A DNA stretch of 62,899 nucleotides, the filler included, from Octopus bimaculoides (lineage: Eukaryota): the NCBI RefSeq assembly GCF_001194135.2. It is 9 parts of 8 records of this genome, joined end to end, with 100 filler letters (N's around TTAATTAATTAA, not from the genome) between each part and the next. Parts side by side here need not be neighbours in the genome. Positions count along the whole stretch, not along the records: positions 1 to 6,896 come from NC_068991.1; positions 6,997 to 11,417 come from NC_069006.1; positions 11,518 to 39,607 come from NC_068982.1; 6 more parts are not named here. One strand, written 5' to 3'. The notes under the pieces were generated by a model that saw only the letters and a list, made by a program, of their open reading frames with translations, made no database searches and was not told where the DNA came from. Positions 1-11,689 of the stretch are shown here, piece by piece. A program made the position numbers and the translations under genes. Each line of letters begins with the position of its first letter. Within the stretch, counting starts at the first letter, position 1.

Positions 1-78
1 AATCAAATTTTTATTTTGAAATTATTATCAAATATATAAATGTAAAATGTTCTAAGAACACCTCTTTTGAACTTTCAG

Positions 79-245
79 GATAATTTTTTATATCTATGGA
101 GTGAAGAAAGGAACACACTTGTTACTGACCATGTTTTTCCTATATCAGTATTATGGAAAAATATCCCAAGTAAAATAGATGCAGTTTTTGAATCAAGAAA
201 TTCCAACTATATATATTTCTGGAAATGGAACATGCGTCACATGAT
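79..245 (+). CDS. Penultimate coding exon of a hemopexin-repeat protein (probable matrix metalloproteinase)
   Basis: Acceptor tttcag at 73-78 and donor gtaagt at 246. Translation DNFLYLWSEERNTLVTDHVFPISVLWKNIPSKIDAVFESRNSNYIYFWKWNMRHM fits the hemopexin pattern P..IS..W.++P..IDA.+E....+YF.K. Confidence 0.8.
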
Positions 246-750
246 GTAAGTTTAAAAAACATTTTATATTTCTTATATCCATGCATTTTCTGTTGGTTTT
301 TTTTCTTTTTCTGCTTTTATTGTTTTGTACTCAATTATTTACCCTAGGTAAGATATTTTTTTATATTGGGGCAAGTATAGCAATGACACTAAGAAGTTTG
401 CTTTATATGAGTGTTTAATGCCATGGGTCATGGATTCATCTTACTATTCTTCGCACCTGTCTTGAAATGCCTCCGCAGCCACTTGGCTGAAACACATAAA
501 TAAATAAATAAATAGATAAATAAATAGATAGATAGACAGACATATATATATATATATATATATATCATTATATAATGTTATATGACATTATATCATATCA
601 CATATCATTATACTATATTATAATATATAATATTACATGACATTTTATTATATTATATTATACTATATTATACTGTTGGAAGATATGTTTTTATATCTTG
701 ATGTATGCTCCTCTTATTGTTATCCACTCAAATGTGAGGGAGTGACTATA

Positions 751-781
<31 letters not shown>

Positions 782-1770
782 TAAGCACAAGTGCCTTATT
801 GCTTTGACAACATTTGAAATCATTCTCCTGTTGTACGTAGTTCAACAATGTAACTTTACATCCGTTTTACTTTTGTTGATTTTTATTGATGATAAGAAAA
901 AAACAAAAATAAGTTTGCAATAAACTGATTTGACATCAATGATCCTTAACTGGCTTTAAGATTAGGAATGAAATAATAACTTGGCTTTAGGATTTTTGTT
1001 ATCATTGAAATGTCGTGTCTCATCTTGAAGAAACTTTCAAAATACATTTTTCATTTGACATTATACAACTTCCTGGATTAAGTTATATATTTCCCCTCTT
1101 TGTATTGATGAGCAGAAATTCAAACCTCATCAACATAAGCTTCATCGACTGCACTTGTCAATCCAACAAAGGAATCTTTATGTAGATATTTAACCTGCTA
1201 GAAATACCAGACAAATTTCCCTTACAATACATTCTACAATTATGAAAGAAAAAGGGCATACTCATTTGTGAAGTTTAAGATATCCTATGTCTGAATGAAA
1301 AAATAGTATACCCATCACTAAAATTCATTCGATAATAGATCAGATACACAGGCTTTTTGTCTGCTAAACAATAGCAAGCCACAAAAGACTTGCAGGAGCT
1401 AGCAACTAAGTTTCTCTCAAATCACTTTTCACTGCCTTTAAAAAAGAAAAGATATGTTAGATAATATACTAATAAAGTCCTAAATAGAAGTGTTTTTAAA
1501 GAAAAAATGTTCAAGACTGTAAGAACTTTGATTTTACACTTGTTTAATCAGAGTTGATCTGCTACTAACCGACAATTACAGGGAGAAAAAAAGCACATAG
1601 ATGTAGCCCCAGATACACTATTTCTAAGAAGAAAAAAAAATTGGTGAAATGGTTTTAGTATATTTGATCAAATATACTAAAACCATTTCACTTAGATTTA
1701 AATTTATAAACAAATAAATAATTAGAATTATTTAATATATTTACTTATTTTTCTTAATTTCTTATTCCAG

Positions 1771-1852
1771 GTATTATCAAGTGGATAACAGCCAAGGTGG
1801 AGTTGTCAAGTCAGGAAACTTTAAGTCTTTCTTTGGATTTTGTCCTGTATAA
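1771..1852 (+). CDS. Terminal coding exon of the same hemopexin-repeat/MMP gene
   Basis: Acceptor tttcttattccag. The phase-2 junction AT|G matches the previous exon. Reads (M)YYQVDNSQGGVVKSGNFKSFFGFCPV*, like the last hemopexin blade with its closing Cys. AATAAA follows at 2107 and 2112. Confidence 0.8.
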
Positions 1853-2003
1853 AGTAATGATTGTCAAAATAAGATATTTTGTTACAAAATCAACATTATC
1901 ATAACCATTGGTTAATATGTTTGTGAGCCTAAATCTTTACTTTAAAGGAAGTGATATTCAAAAATATACATGTGTGTCTGTATATATAGATATAAACATA
2001 TAG

Positions 2004-2047
<44 letters not shown>

Positions 2048-2103
2048 TTTGTTACCATTCATGAGATTATTTTTGTAATATACTCTTTTTTTTTTCTTTT
2101 TAA

Positions 2104-2138
2104 CTCAATAAAATAAATAGGTCTTTTATTTTATTGAG
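2104..2138. terminator. Palindromic poly(A)-signal element (AATAAA on both strands)
   Basis: CTCAATAAAATAAA (2104-2117) and its exact reverse complement (2125-2138), 7-nt spacer, ~250 bp after the MMP stop. Confidence 0.45.
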
Positions 2139-5100
2139 TGTGCAAGTGTACATTTTGGGTTGTATTGCAATTTAAATGCCATCAACCTAAAACAATAATT
2201 TGAAAAGAGAAACTTTGAAATTTTTCTCACAAACCTTGACCAACAATGACAATAAAGGAGGGACCACAAAAATAGATATTAGATACTCTGGTTGCTAGAA
2301 CAACTTTATATATTTATAAATATTTGAAAGCTAAATCTGTCACTGCTGGTACACTAAATTCTTAAATAGAGCTGCTGGTCTGGACATAACTAGGATGTTT
2401 CCTCCTTGGCACAATGGAATGTACCACAAGTAAAAATTGACAGCAGTACGATGCTTCATTAAGATTGTGTGCTGCTAGAAGAGTATATAGAGTGATAGAG
2501 GAAGGAACAGTATCCTTGTTTTCATTATATAAGTTTACTAAATGTGAACTATTCAATAACTTCGGAAATGGGTTGTACCAACTAAAGTCTTTTTGGTTTT
2601 ATGAAGATATTGCCAAGAGGAATATGAAGTAATTATTTATGTGGTGAAGTTTGTCAAAACAGTTATTTATTTACAAAAAAAAAAAAAATGATTTTATTTA
2701 ATTTTTTTATCTTTTATCTATATTATTGAAATTCTTTTAAAGTCCAATAATTTATGTTAACATGATTTTTTTAAATTGTTGTAAATCGTGTTCAAGTGAG
2801 GAAAAAGAAACAAAAATGTGATAATATATATACATAAAAGTGTATGTAAATATGTGTATGTACATATTTATATATATTATTGATTTAATTCAATTTTATA
2901 TGATTTATTTATAATACCAAGCTTTTTTTTTTTAATTTAATGTATCATATTTGCCAGATATTTTTTTAATGAATGCATACTTTTGCTCAGGAGAGGAAGA
3001 TTAAGATTAAGTGATTCAAAAGATGTGATAGCATGCATGTATGTGTATAAGTAACTACATGTTTGCATGTATAATATATATAGTGTGATTATAACTAAAT
3101 TGTCTGAAACTTTGAAGTCACTGTCAATAATATTCTTGTCTAAGAATAATAAATATACATTTATATATGTGTGTGTATATGTGTGTGTGTGTATATATGT
3201 GTGTGTCCATTCAAATTGTACTATTCTGACGTCATATTATATTTATCATTTATATATATTTATATATACACACGTATGTGCATAGCTATCTGAGTATGTA
3301 TCTGTGTGTGTATGTATAACATTCTATTCTCAGCTGTGCTTTTTCTAGACTATTTATTATTCTGTAATTATTTATCAGAAATTCTGTCCTCTGTCAACTA
3401 TGACATCATTATTTATTTACTGATATTTTTAAGATATGTGTTTTTATATAACTGTATATGTACCTCTGTGTGTGGAAATTCCTTTCTCTGTATATCTGAT
3501 ATACCTTTAAATCAATTTCTTTTTCTTTTTTTTATATATATATATGGTTTGCCAGAATCAGTAGAGCATTGGACAAAATGCTTTGTGGTATTTAGAAATT
3601 AAAGGCATTTCCCTTTAATTTCAAACCCTGTAGGTCTCATGTTGCCTTTCTCTCAACTGGAATTTATTTTATTCATCCAGAGGTGAATTGTCAACAGATG
3701 TTTATATATTTCTGTGCAAGCTTGCAAAGACCGTCCAATGCATACATGCATGAAATAAGACAAAATTATGATGATGATGATGTATATTTAAGTATGTATG
3801 TATACATGTATGTATATGTGTGTATGGGTGTGTCTGTGTCTGTGTGCATGCACATATACATATAAATGTATATATGTATTTTTTATAGCTATATATACAT
3901 ATACATTTATATAAAAATGTATATGTAGATATACACATATACATATGTACATATGCACATACATATATATATATATACATATAAACATACAAACATATAT
4001 ATATGTGTGTTTGTGTGTGTTTATGTATGCATGTGTGTGTGTATGTATGTATGTATGTATGTATATGTAATATTATTGGAAGTATTAGAAAGTTCAATGG
4101 CTATTAGCTTCATCTGAAGCACAAAACCACAAGAATTCCAGCCAGATTAAAACTCTCACTGAAGAGTCTGACAATGTTATGCTATTTATCATTGTGCTTT
4201 ATCAATTGGCACATAAAACAGAAAAGAAAACCAGCCTGCTTTTTGTCTAAGCAAAAGTGAGATTAATGTAATCAGAAATTTCTGGAGTAGATTTATGCAA
4301 TGAAATCACCTTGGAAACAAAATTAAATAGGCAACGTTTTCTTTTTATATATTTTTTATCTTTTTTATAATCATTTAGTGCTTTACAGCACATTGATCCG
4401 TCCATGGTTTTTATAGCATGTTTGTTGAAAAGAAGTTACAAGCTTCTCACTCAACTCTTCACCAGGTCATTGCGAGTAGTCTCAAACCAGCGTACTGATT
4501 CTGACAGAGCAGGAAAGAGAAGAGTCAACCTATGTATCTGATTGTTCATTATACTTGTTGCCTAGAGATGGATGAAGGCTAAAGTTAACCTTGGATGGTT
4601 TGAACTCAGAATGCAAACAGCCAGGTCAAATAAAACTGTTTGAAATAAAGAAAAAGACTTTAAGAAATAATAAAAGTCTTTAAGACTGTGGCTGATAGTT
4701 TATCCTGAGAAAAACATGTTTATATGTAAACATCTGCAGTTTCCCATCCAAGATAAAACTTCATTGCAAAGTTTTGAACTTTCCAATATTTTTAATATAG
4801 TTCATGTGCATCATATTACATACATCATATTACGTGTGTGCATATATGCATATATTATTCATTGTATATCCACCTTAAGTAAGATATATGGAATGCTATT
4901 CTACATTGATTCTGCTTTTGTTACTAATAAAGAAATTTTAAGTAGCCTGCTGGTTATTTGTGACACCAGTGATTTGTTAATCACTGTCTTTCTACATACA
5001 TAGGGGCAAAATTTGTCTAAGCATGTAATTTATAATGAATACTATCTACTGATGATGTGCAAAAATGCAGAAATCTAGAGTTAGCAATTCTATTCTTGTT

Positions 5101-5749
5101 TCCAGACACATTTTGTCTACTACTGACATGCTTCTTTGCTTTTTAGCACTGTACATCAAGATGAACGGTGCAGTTTTGTGGTTTTCTACAGTATATCCAT
5201 ACTGTGATATACAGAATGCTTTTCTGATCTAACCACTAATCATATGTAGTTATACACACGTATATATAAAACTACATATGATTTGAGTATATGTGTGCGT
5301 ATCTGTGTGTGTGTGTGTGTGTGTACTGTTGGAGTGACATTCTCACCTTTGATAACACAGAAAATATAAAAAGAATGAAATCTCTTTAAGTATTTTTTAT
5401 AGAGTATATAACTTAACATAATTTATATTTCCTTTTTGGGTTGTTTATTTTATATTATAATGTCTGATGTGATAAACTAAATTTTTTTTTTTATATATGT
5501 ATAAATAATGACGTAATTTTCAAAAACTTGTCCATATAAACAAGATTTTGAAATTTTAAACATGATATATTTATAATTATTTATTCAATTTTCTTGGAAA
5601 TAAATATTTTAAAATTAATATATTTGTTGTACTTCCTTTATTTCTCTATTATTATCTACAAAATATGAAAATACATATAATACACTGTAAGTTGAGGTAG
5701 ATGCAAATACAGTGAGTAGTTAAAAATCTTGTTACCAGTTGAAGGACCT

Positions 5750-5990
5750 CTTGCTACTATAACGATGCCCTTAAATGCTCATGTGGAGATAGAAAGTAAC
5801 ACCTAAGGGATCTTGCAGAACACATATCAGAAAAATCTTGTTAATTACTACCACATTCAGTATGGATGTAAAGGCTAATATAGCTAAAGAATTCTTATAC
5901 ATAGTATGCAGGCATTTTCCCAGAGAACTCAAGAATTATAAAATGTTCCATAAGGATTTAATGGTTAGCTACACTTCTTAGAACTTCACC
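5750..5990 (+). mobile_element. Degraded Penelope-like retroelement fragment (RT thumb/linker)
   Basis: YNDALKCS and RKILLITTTFSMDVKANIAKEFLYIVCRHFPRELKNYKMFHKDLMVSYTS resemble the PLE linker RKIIWFNPPFS.NVKTNIGK.FL.LIDKHFP...LHKIFN......SYSC. Confidence 0.7.
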
Positions 5991-6848
5991 TTGCCTGTAA
6001 AACTAATATAATATGAAAAGACACTGAAGCTAATGAAAATTAAGTAGATCTCAAATGTAATTCTAAACAAAAGCAATAATTCTATTGCTCATCAACTAGT
6101 ACACCAAATCTCTCTACCTAATTTCTTAACTATGCTTTTTCAACACATCCATCCACTTCTACATAACCACATTACTTATCTCTCTATTTATCCATAAGCA
6201 ATTATTTTTAATGTGTATTTGATTTGTCAACTCATCAGCCCTGCAGTATTTAAAAATCGTTCCAATCGTTTCTGTGAGAGGGGGGAGTGTGTCTGTGTGT
6301 GTAACAGGTGTCGTGGGGCTCAGAAAAATGTTTTGTGAAGATAAAACTTTCAATAAACTTCTCCATTCTCTCTCTTCTCTTTCTTCTTTCTCTCTCTTTC
6401 TCTCTCACTGCTCCCTCTTCTCCCTTTTTCTCTCTCTCTCCTGATTCTCTTCCTATCACCAATCTTCAATTGCTTCCAAGAGCAAAATACTATTTACCCT
6501 AGTCTAGCACACAACTAACAAATCTAACATCGTTCTGCTTGGGCAGTTACTTCAGTGATTCTGTTGAATCTGCGTAGGTGATTTGCACTAGATTTGGTTA
6601 TATTTAATACCGGGAAAGTAGTGGCTGGTTCTTTATCATTCTTTGGGATAATTCAAGCATTTATGTAAACATAGGCACAATAGGTAATATTTGTATGGTA
6701 GCACAGATAAAAGACGTCCAATTTTGTGGATTGTATTGAAAGGATGCATCGAAGCGTCTCATCACCTGAAAAGGAAGTTTAGCTTTAAGAATATAAGTAT
6801 TTGAAATTTACACACACACACACATATATATACATATATATATGCGTG

Positions 6849-6896
<48 letters not shown>

Positions 6897-6940
6897 NNNN
6901 NNNNNNNNNNNNNNNNNNNNNNNNNNNNNNNNNNNNNNNN

Positions 6941-6952
6941 TTAATTAATTAA
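6941..6952. other. Assembly gap linker TTAATTAATTAA (artefact)
   Basis: 12-mer centred in an N run (44N+12+44N here). Recurs at 11462, 39652, 43250, 45416, 50207, 59459 and 61753. It encodes stops in all six frames. Confidence 0.95.
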
Positions 6953-6996
6953 NNNNNNNNNNNNNNNNNNNNNNNNNNNNNNNNNNNNNNNNNNNN

Positions 6997-7043
<47 letters not shown>

Positions 7044-7859
7044 AGTAATACTGCGTTGATCTCATAGAGAGATTTCAGAACGAGCATTTTTGCTTGTATA
7101 TATATATTTGCGTAGTAGAAGCAACAGAGTGACTCAAGGTCCGAAACACGAAACTCTCAGATTTTGAGTTACTCTGTTACTTATGTTAAATATTAATAAA
7201 AATATACATAATCCATGTTTTGAGTTCTGTCTCTCCTGTTTGCATTAACATACCTGTGTGTGGTGTGTGTGTACTATATAATAATAGTTTTTGATATACG
7301 ATCTAAATATATAGAAACAACTAAACATTAAACCGAAGGATCGTTCACTAACTCTGCACTTTTCTTTTTAGTAACCATTCTATTTTTACAAGGAAAGGCT
7401 TGACAGTTACTTCAAAAATTTTGGTATAATGTCGCCTTCCACGAACCTTATATATATAAAGTGCCGCGAATTGACTTTTAGATCTCATTTGAATTTTGAA
7501 TTCTTGATGTTACATTTTAGGTTGTGTTCCTAAATAATTTAATAGCTTTTGAGGGAAAGCAAGTATGCATATCCCCAACAAGAGGCTAATAACATAATTC
7601 GACACATCTAGAGGAAGATACATCTATCTGTAAAACTCGACTTAATTTTCCTCTTCGTCAGATTTTCTTTAGCTTTAATCACTCATCTTTAGTAATTTCC
7701 TTGGCATTTGAACTATTTATTAATTACAAATTAACTAAGAAAATATTTATGGTTGTGAGTGTTATTTCTTTTTTCTAACACCATTTTTTTTTATTTAATC
7801 TGTTTATTTTCTCTTTCTCTCTCTAAAATTAGTTATGAAGTTACATCATACTTTCAATA

Positions 7860-8285
7860 TGGTTTCTTTATCTTTTACCTCCTTCAGTCATTGATTAGAC
7901 TGCGGCCATGCTGGGGTTTTAATACCCTTCAAGGTTGTCGAGGAAATCGATACCAGTAATTTATTATGTTTTTTGTGCATCAGGTACTTTTCTATCGAGT
8001 TTTCTTTAACTGATAAGTTAGGGGGACGAAAACAAACCAGCACTAGTTGTCAGGTGGGGAACTAATATAAGGACGAACACGAACGCATATTATCTCATAT
8101 TATATTATCGCATGTTATATAATATACGACGAGCTTCTTTCAGTTTCCGTCTTCCAAATCCATTCACAAGGCTTTGGTAAGCCCGTTGTTGTAGTAGAAG
8201 ACACTTGCTCAATGTGCCATGCTGTGGAACTGAACCCGAAACCGTATGTTGGATGCAAGCTTGTTACCACACAGCCATGCCTGCA
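7860..8285 (-). mobile_element. tRNA-derived SINE, family A
   Basis: Reverse complement of the GGCTGTGTGGTAA...GGTTCAGT...GGAAACTGAAAGAAGC head plus a decayed tail. Same family as 40122, 57940 and 61479. Confidence 0.8.
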
Positions 8286-8439
8286 CTTATGTCAGAATTT
8301 TTTTGTAATTTAAAACAAAATCGATTATAAGTATGGTAAAATTTGTTTTAATTTTTTAATTTATTTTTAGTAAATTTTGATGGATTCAGAAAAGATTTTA
8401 GCAGAAAAGGGAGGGGAGACAACTACAACAAAAATAAAC

Positions 8440-9030
8440 GGAGAAATGGAAGATAAGAAATTGTAGTGAAGTAATTATATGATGTTTGCTGGGTTTGATA
8501 TGAAGTGTGTGGGTGTAAAATAGAAGAAATAGATAGGTGAGGGGAAGAAAGTGACAGGGAAAGAGATAATGTCAGAAAAGAGAGGCGAGAAAATAGTTTT
8601 TTTTAATGTTAAAGGAACAGTGAGTGTGTGTGAGAGACATTAGATTTGAAGAAATAATGGAGAAAGATGTTTTTCAGGTGGTGGGGGTCATAAATAGGAG
8701 TGTCAGAGTTCGAAAGGAGAATTGTGGGAGAGAAGTTGCTTTGAAATGCTAATAGAAATGTAGAGAAAAGAGAGAGTGGGAGGATGCGTATGAGAAAGGT
8801 TAAAAGCGTAGCGAAAGAGAGAGAGAGAGAGGAAGAGAAAGAAGGAGAGTACAGTTTAGAAAAAGAGATAAAGTAGGGGAGGAAGTGTATAAGAAAGAGG
8901 GAGAGAAAGGAGAATGGAATGTAGAAGAGACGAAAAGAGAGAGGGGGAGGAAGTGTAAAAGAAAGGTTATAAATGTAACGAAAGAGAGAGAGAGAGAGAA
9001 AGAAGGCGAGTTCAATGTAAAGAGAAAGGG
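8440..9030 (+). repeat. Purine-rich (GA) low-complexity tract
   Basis: About 600 bp of almost only G/A on the + strand. Confidence 0.85.
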
Positions 9031-9809
9031 AAGAAGTGTATAAATTCGTTAAAAAAAACCAATAAAAACGATTAAAACGTAAACAAAAAAAAACGGGGTT
9101 TTGCCAAACTCTTCTCCTAAAATTAAATTTTTTTAAACAAAAAATTGTTTTGGCGTACGTGTCTGACTGTAATCCGGACCGTAGTTACAGGCAAAATATA
9201 TTTTCCTGTTACCAATGATAAGTCAGACTCCGTTTTATACAAATTTATTTCATTTCAACATTCATTTAACTATGGTAATTTGTGTGCCTTCTTTTTCAGT
9301 CCTCACAGGACCATCTGAGGTGTGTGTTTGGAGGGGAGTGATAGTGGCGGTGTGGCCCTCTCCTTTGAACCACCAGACACAACCTCATTAACATATTGTA
9401 TGCAAATTTCAGTAGTAGATCGTTACCCTCCCCCACCAATTCCTCTACGTTACTATTCTTACTTTATCCCAGGACAGAAGAGTTTTACAAGTGCTTATTC
9501 AGTTTCAATTTGTCCTTGAAGAGTAGAAAGGTTCCTTTCTCTTGCTATAACATAAATGATTCTGGAACTGACAAATACTAGCGCCCAAACCACAGCCACC
9601 ACCACTGCCACTACAGTATAAGGGAATTTTGACCTCCCAACCCTCTTTATTAACGATTTCTAATTTAGGGTCCCAGGCCAGTAATTTCAAGAAGAGATGA
9701 GGGGTTAGTCTATTACAGCAACACTCCAGTACTTGACTGATACTGCATTTTCAAGAGCTTGGGGTGAAAGATAAAGTTGACCTGTGCAGGATTTTAACAC
9801 AGAACATGT

Positions 9810-10176
9810 TGCCTGTTGAGACAAGTGAAAGCGAAATCGTGATGGCACCTGTGCCCTGGCACCTGTAAGGACATTCGAGCGAGATCGTTGCCAGTGCTGC
9901 TGAACTGGCTCCCGTGCAGGTGGCACGTAAAAGACACCATTTTGAGCGTGGCCGTTGCCAGTACCACCTGACTGGACTTCATGCCGGTGGCAGGTAAAAG
10001 CACCCACTACACTCTCGGAGTGGTTGGCGTTAGGAAGGGCATCCAGCTGTAGAAACTCTGCCAGATCAGATTGGAGCCTGGTGTAGCCATCTGGTTTCAC
10101 CAGTCCTCAGTCAAATTGTTCAACCCATGCTAGCATGGAAAGCGGACGTTAAACGATGATGATGATGATGATGATG
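9810..10176 (+). mobile_element. Non-autonomous retroelement/SINE with RTE-like 3' end and (GAT)n tail
   Basis: Internal imperfect tandem unit (TGCCAGT...GGTGGCA.GTAAAAG). Ends ACCCATGCTAGCATGGAAAGCGGACGTTAAAC(GAT)n. The same 3' end occurs inverted at ~41220-41270. Confidence 0.65.
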
Positions 10177-10595
10177 AACATAAAGACTTATTTAGATTTA
10201 GACGAAAGCAGGAGAAATCCAAAGTACCCCAGCAGCCACTCTGGACTGCTTCCATAGCCTTACGTTTTTCTAGAGACAGAGTCTCAAGCTGATGCTCAGC
10301 CATTTGTATTTAGGAAACAATTTCAGTGGGTCTGTCTCTATTGACTGCTGGCTGAGGTCCATGAAGTGTAGTGTAGGTTGCCTTCAGTCGTGGACACCTG
10401 GTCGTTTGTTCCTCTCAAAACTCCTTCATCCTAGCCACTGGCTTCTACTGCAACTCCTCCATCCACCAAATGGTATAGCGTCAACATTACCCTCTCATAT
10501 ACTTTAGCCCACCAGCTGAAGTGGTGTACTGGGGTGTGGCACTTGAAACCAACACATGAGAGATTTAGGCACTTGATTGGCAACTTTATTTTGGT

Positions 10596-10657
10596 GACCT
10601 TGAAAGGAGGCCAGGTAAAGTTGACCTTGAAAGGAGGCCAGGTAAAGTTGACCTTGA
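10596..10657. repeat. 27-bp tandem duplication inside a SINE remnant
   Basis: GACCTTGAAAGGAGGCCAGGTAAAGTT repeats at 10596 and 10623, partial at 10650. Confidence 0.9.
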
Positions 10658-10876
10658 CAGGATTTGAACTCATAACATAAGGAGCCAGAGTAGAATCAAT
10701 GAAGCGATTTTTCGAATGCCTTAACCCCGTAGCATTCAGATTTCTCTGTCAAATGCAACACATGTTCATTCACATTGCTTTGAATTAATCGTGCATTATC
10801 TTGTAGCTTTGAGATTTCAATGATGTGATTGCTTATGTTTTGAATGACATTGTTGGGTAGGGGTGAGAGGCCAGAT

Positions 10877-10997
10877 CTGATGAAGGCTGGAGGGTATATC
10901 AGCCAAAACATGATGTTGACAACAAACAAGATGAGGATAAATATCTGTCAAATGTAAATAATGTACATAATTCCTCATCTCTTAAATATAGAACTGT
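10877..10997 (+). mobile_element. Solo arm of the hammerhead-bearing fold-back family
   Basis: CTGATGAAGGCTGGAGGGTATATCAGCCAAAAC...GTCAAATGTAAATAATGTACATAATTCCTCATC...ATAGAACTG matches 48451-48579. G12 of the GAAA box is mutated to A. Confidence 0.85.
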
Positions 10998-11174
10998 ACA
11001 ATGTCTCTGTTTCAATTACTTCTGAAAATAATGAAGAATTTAGTAAAATAACCTTGTTGTTGTTAATTATTTAATGCTCAGATTCCTCTGTCAAATGTGA
11101 TGTTCATTTATTCACATTGTTTTGAATCAATCCTGCATTCTCTTGTAGCTTTTAGGTTTCAGTAACGTAAATCT

Positions 11175-11365
11175 CTTTTACTTGTTTCAGTCATTTGACT
11201 GTGGCCATACTGGAGCACCACCTTTATAGTCGAGCAAATCGACCGCCAGAGCTTATTCTTTGTAAGCCTAGTACTTATTCTATCGGTCTCTTTTGCCAAA
11301 CCGCTAAGTTACGGGGACGTAAACACACCAGCATCGGTTGTCAAGCGATGTTGGGGGGACAGACA
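11175..11365 (-). mobile_element. SINE family A 3' tail
   Basis: CAGTCATTTGACTG.GGCCAT...CCGCTAAGTTACGGGGACGT. Also seen at 29220-29430 (+), 43405-43550 (-) and 58130-58255 (+). Confidence 0.8.
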
Positions 11366-11376
11366 CACAAACATAT

Positions 11377-11417
<41 letters not shown>

Positions 11418-11537
11418 NNNNNNNNNNNNNNNNNNNNNNNNNNNNNNNNNNNNNNNNNNNNTTAATTAATTAANNNNNNNNNNNNNNNNNNNNNNNNNNN
11501 NNNNNNNNNNNNNNNNNAATGTATTACGTATGCATGC

Positions 11538-11634
<97 letters not shown>
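11538..11634. repeat. (GATA)n microsatellite
   Basis: Direct inspection. A similar tract lies at ~50940-51068. Confidence 0.95.
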
Positions 11635-11689
11635 TTATATATATTACATATATATATAATATTATATATTATATATAAGCTGTGTACAT

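Noticed and set aside
2362-2631. Overlapping ~60-75-codon open frames on both strands after the MMP stop
   Set aside because: No recognisable family, weak acceptors, and length within chance expectation. Joining the minus frame to candidate exons at 14.6-14.8 kb and 18.5 kb keeps the frame but gives a random-looking protein.
5045-5090. CTGATGA...GCAGAAATCTAGAGTT hammerhead-like string
   Set aside because: C15.2 is missing and stems I and II are poor; cannot be separated from chance.
6941-6952. Recurrent TTAATTAATTAA between N runs (8 copies), superficially like regularly spaced repeats
   Set aside because: Always centred in a ~100-bp N block. It is an assembly placeholder, not biology and not CRISPR.
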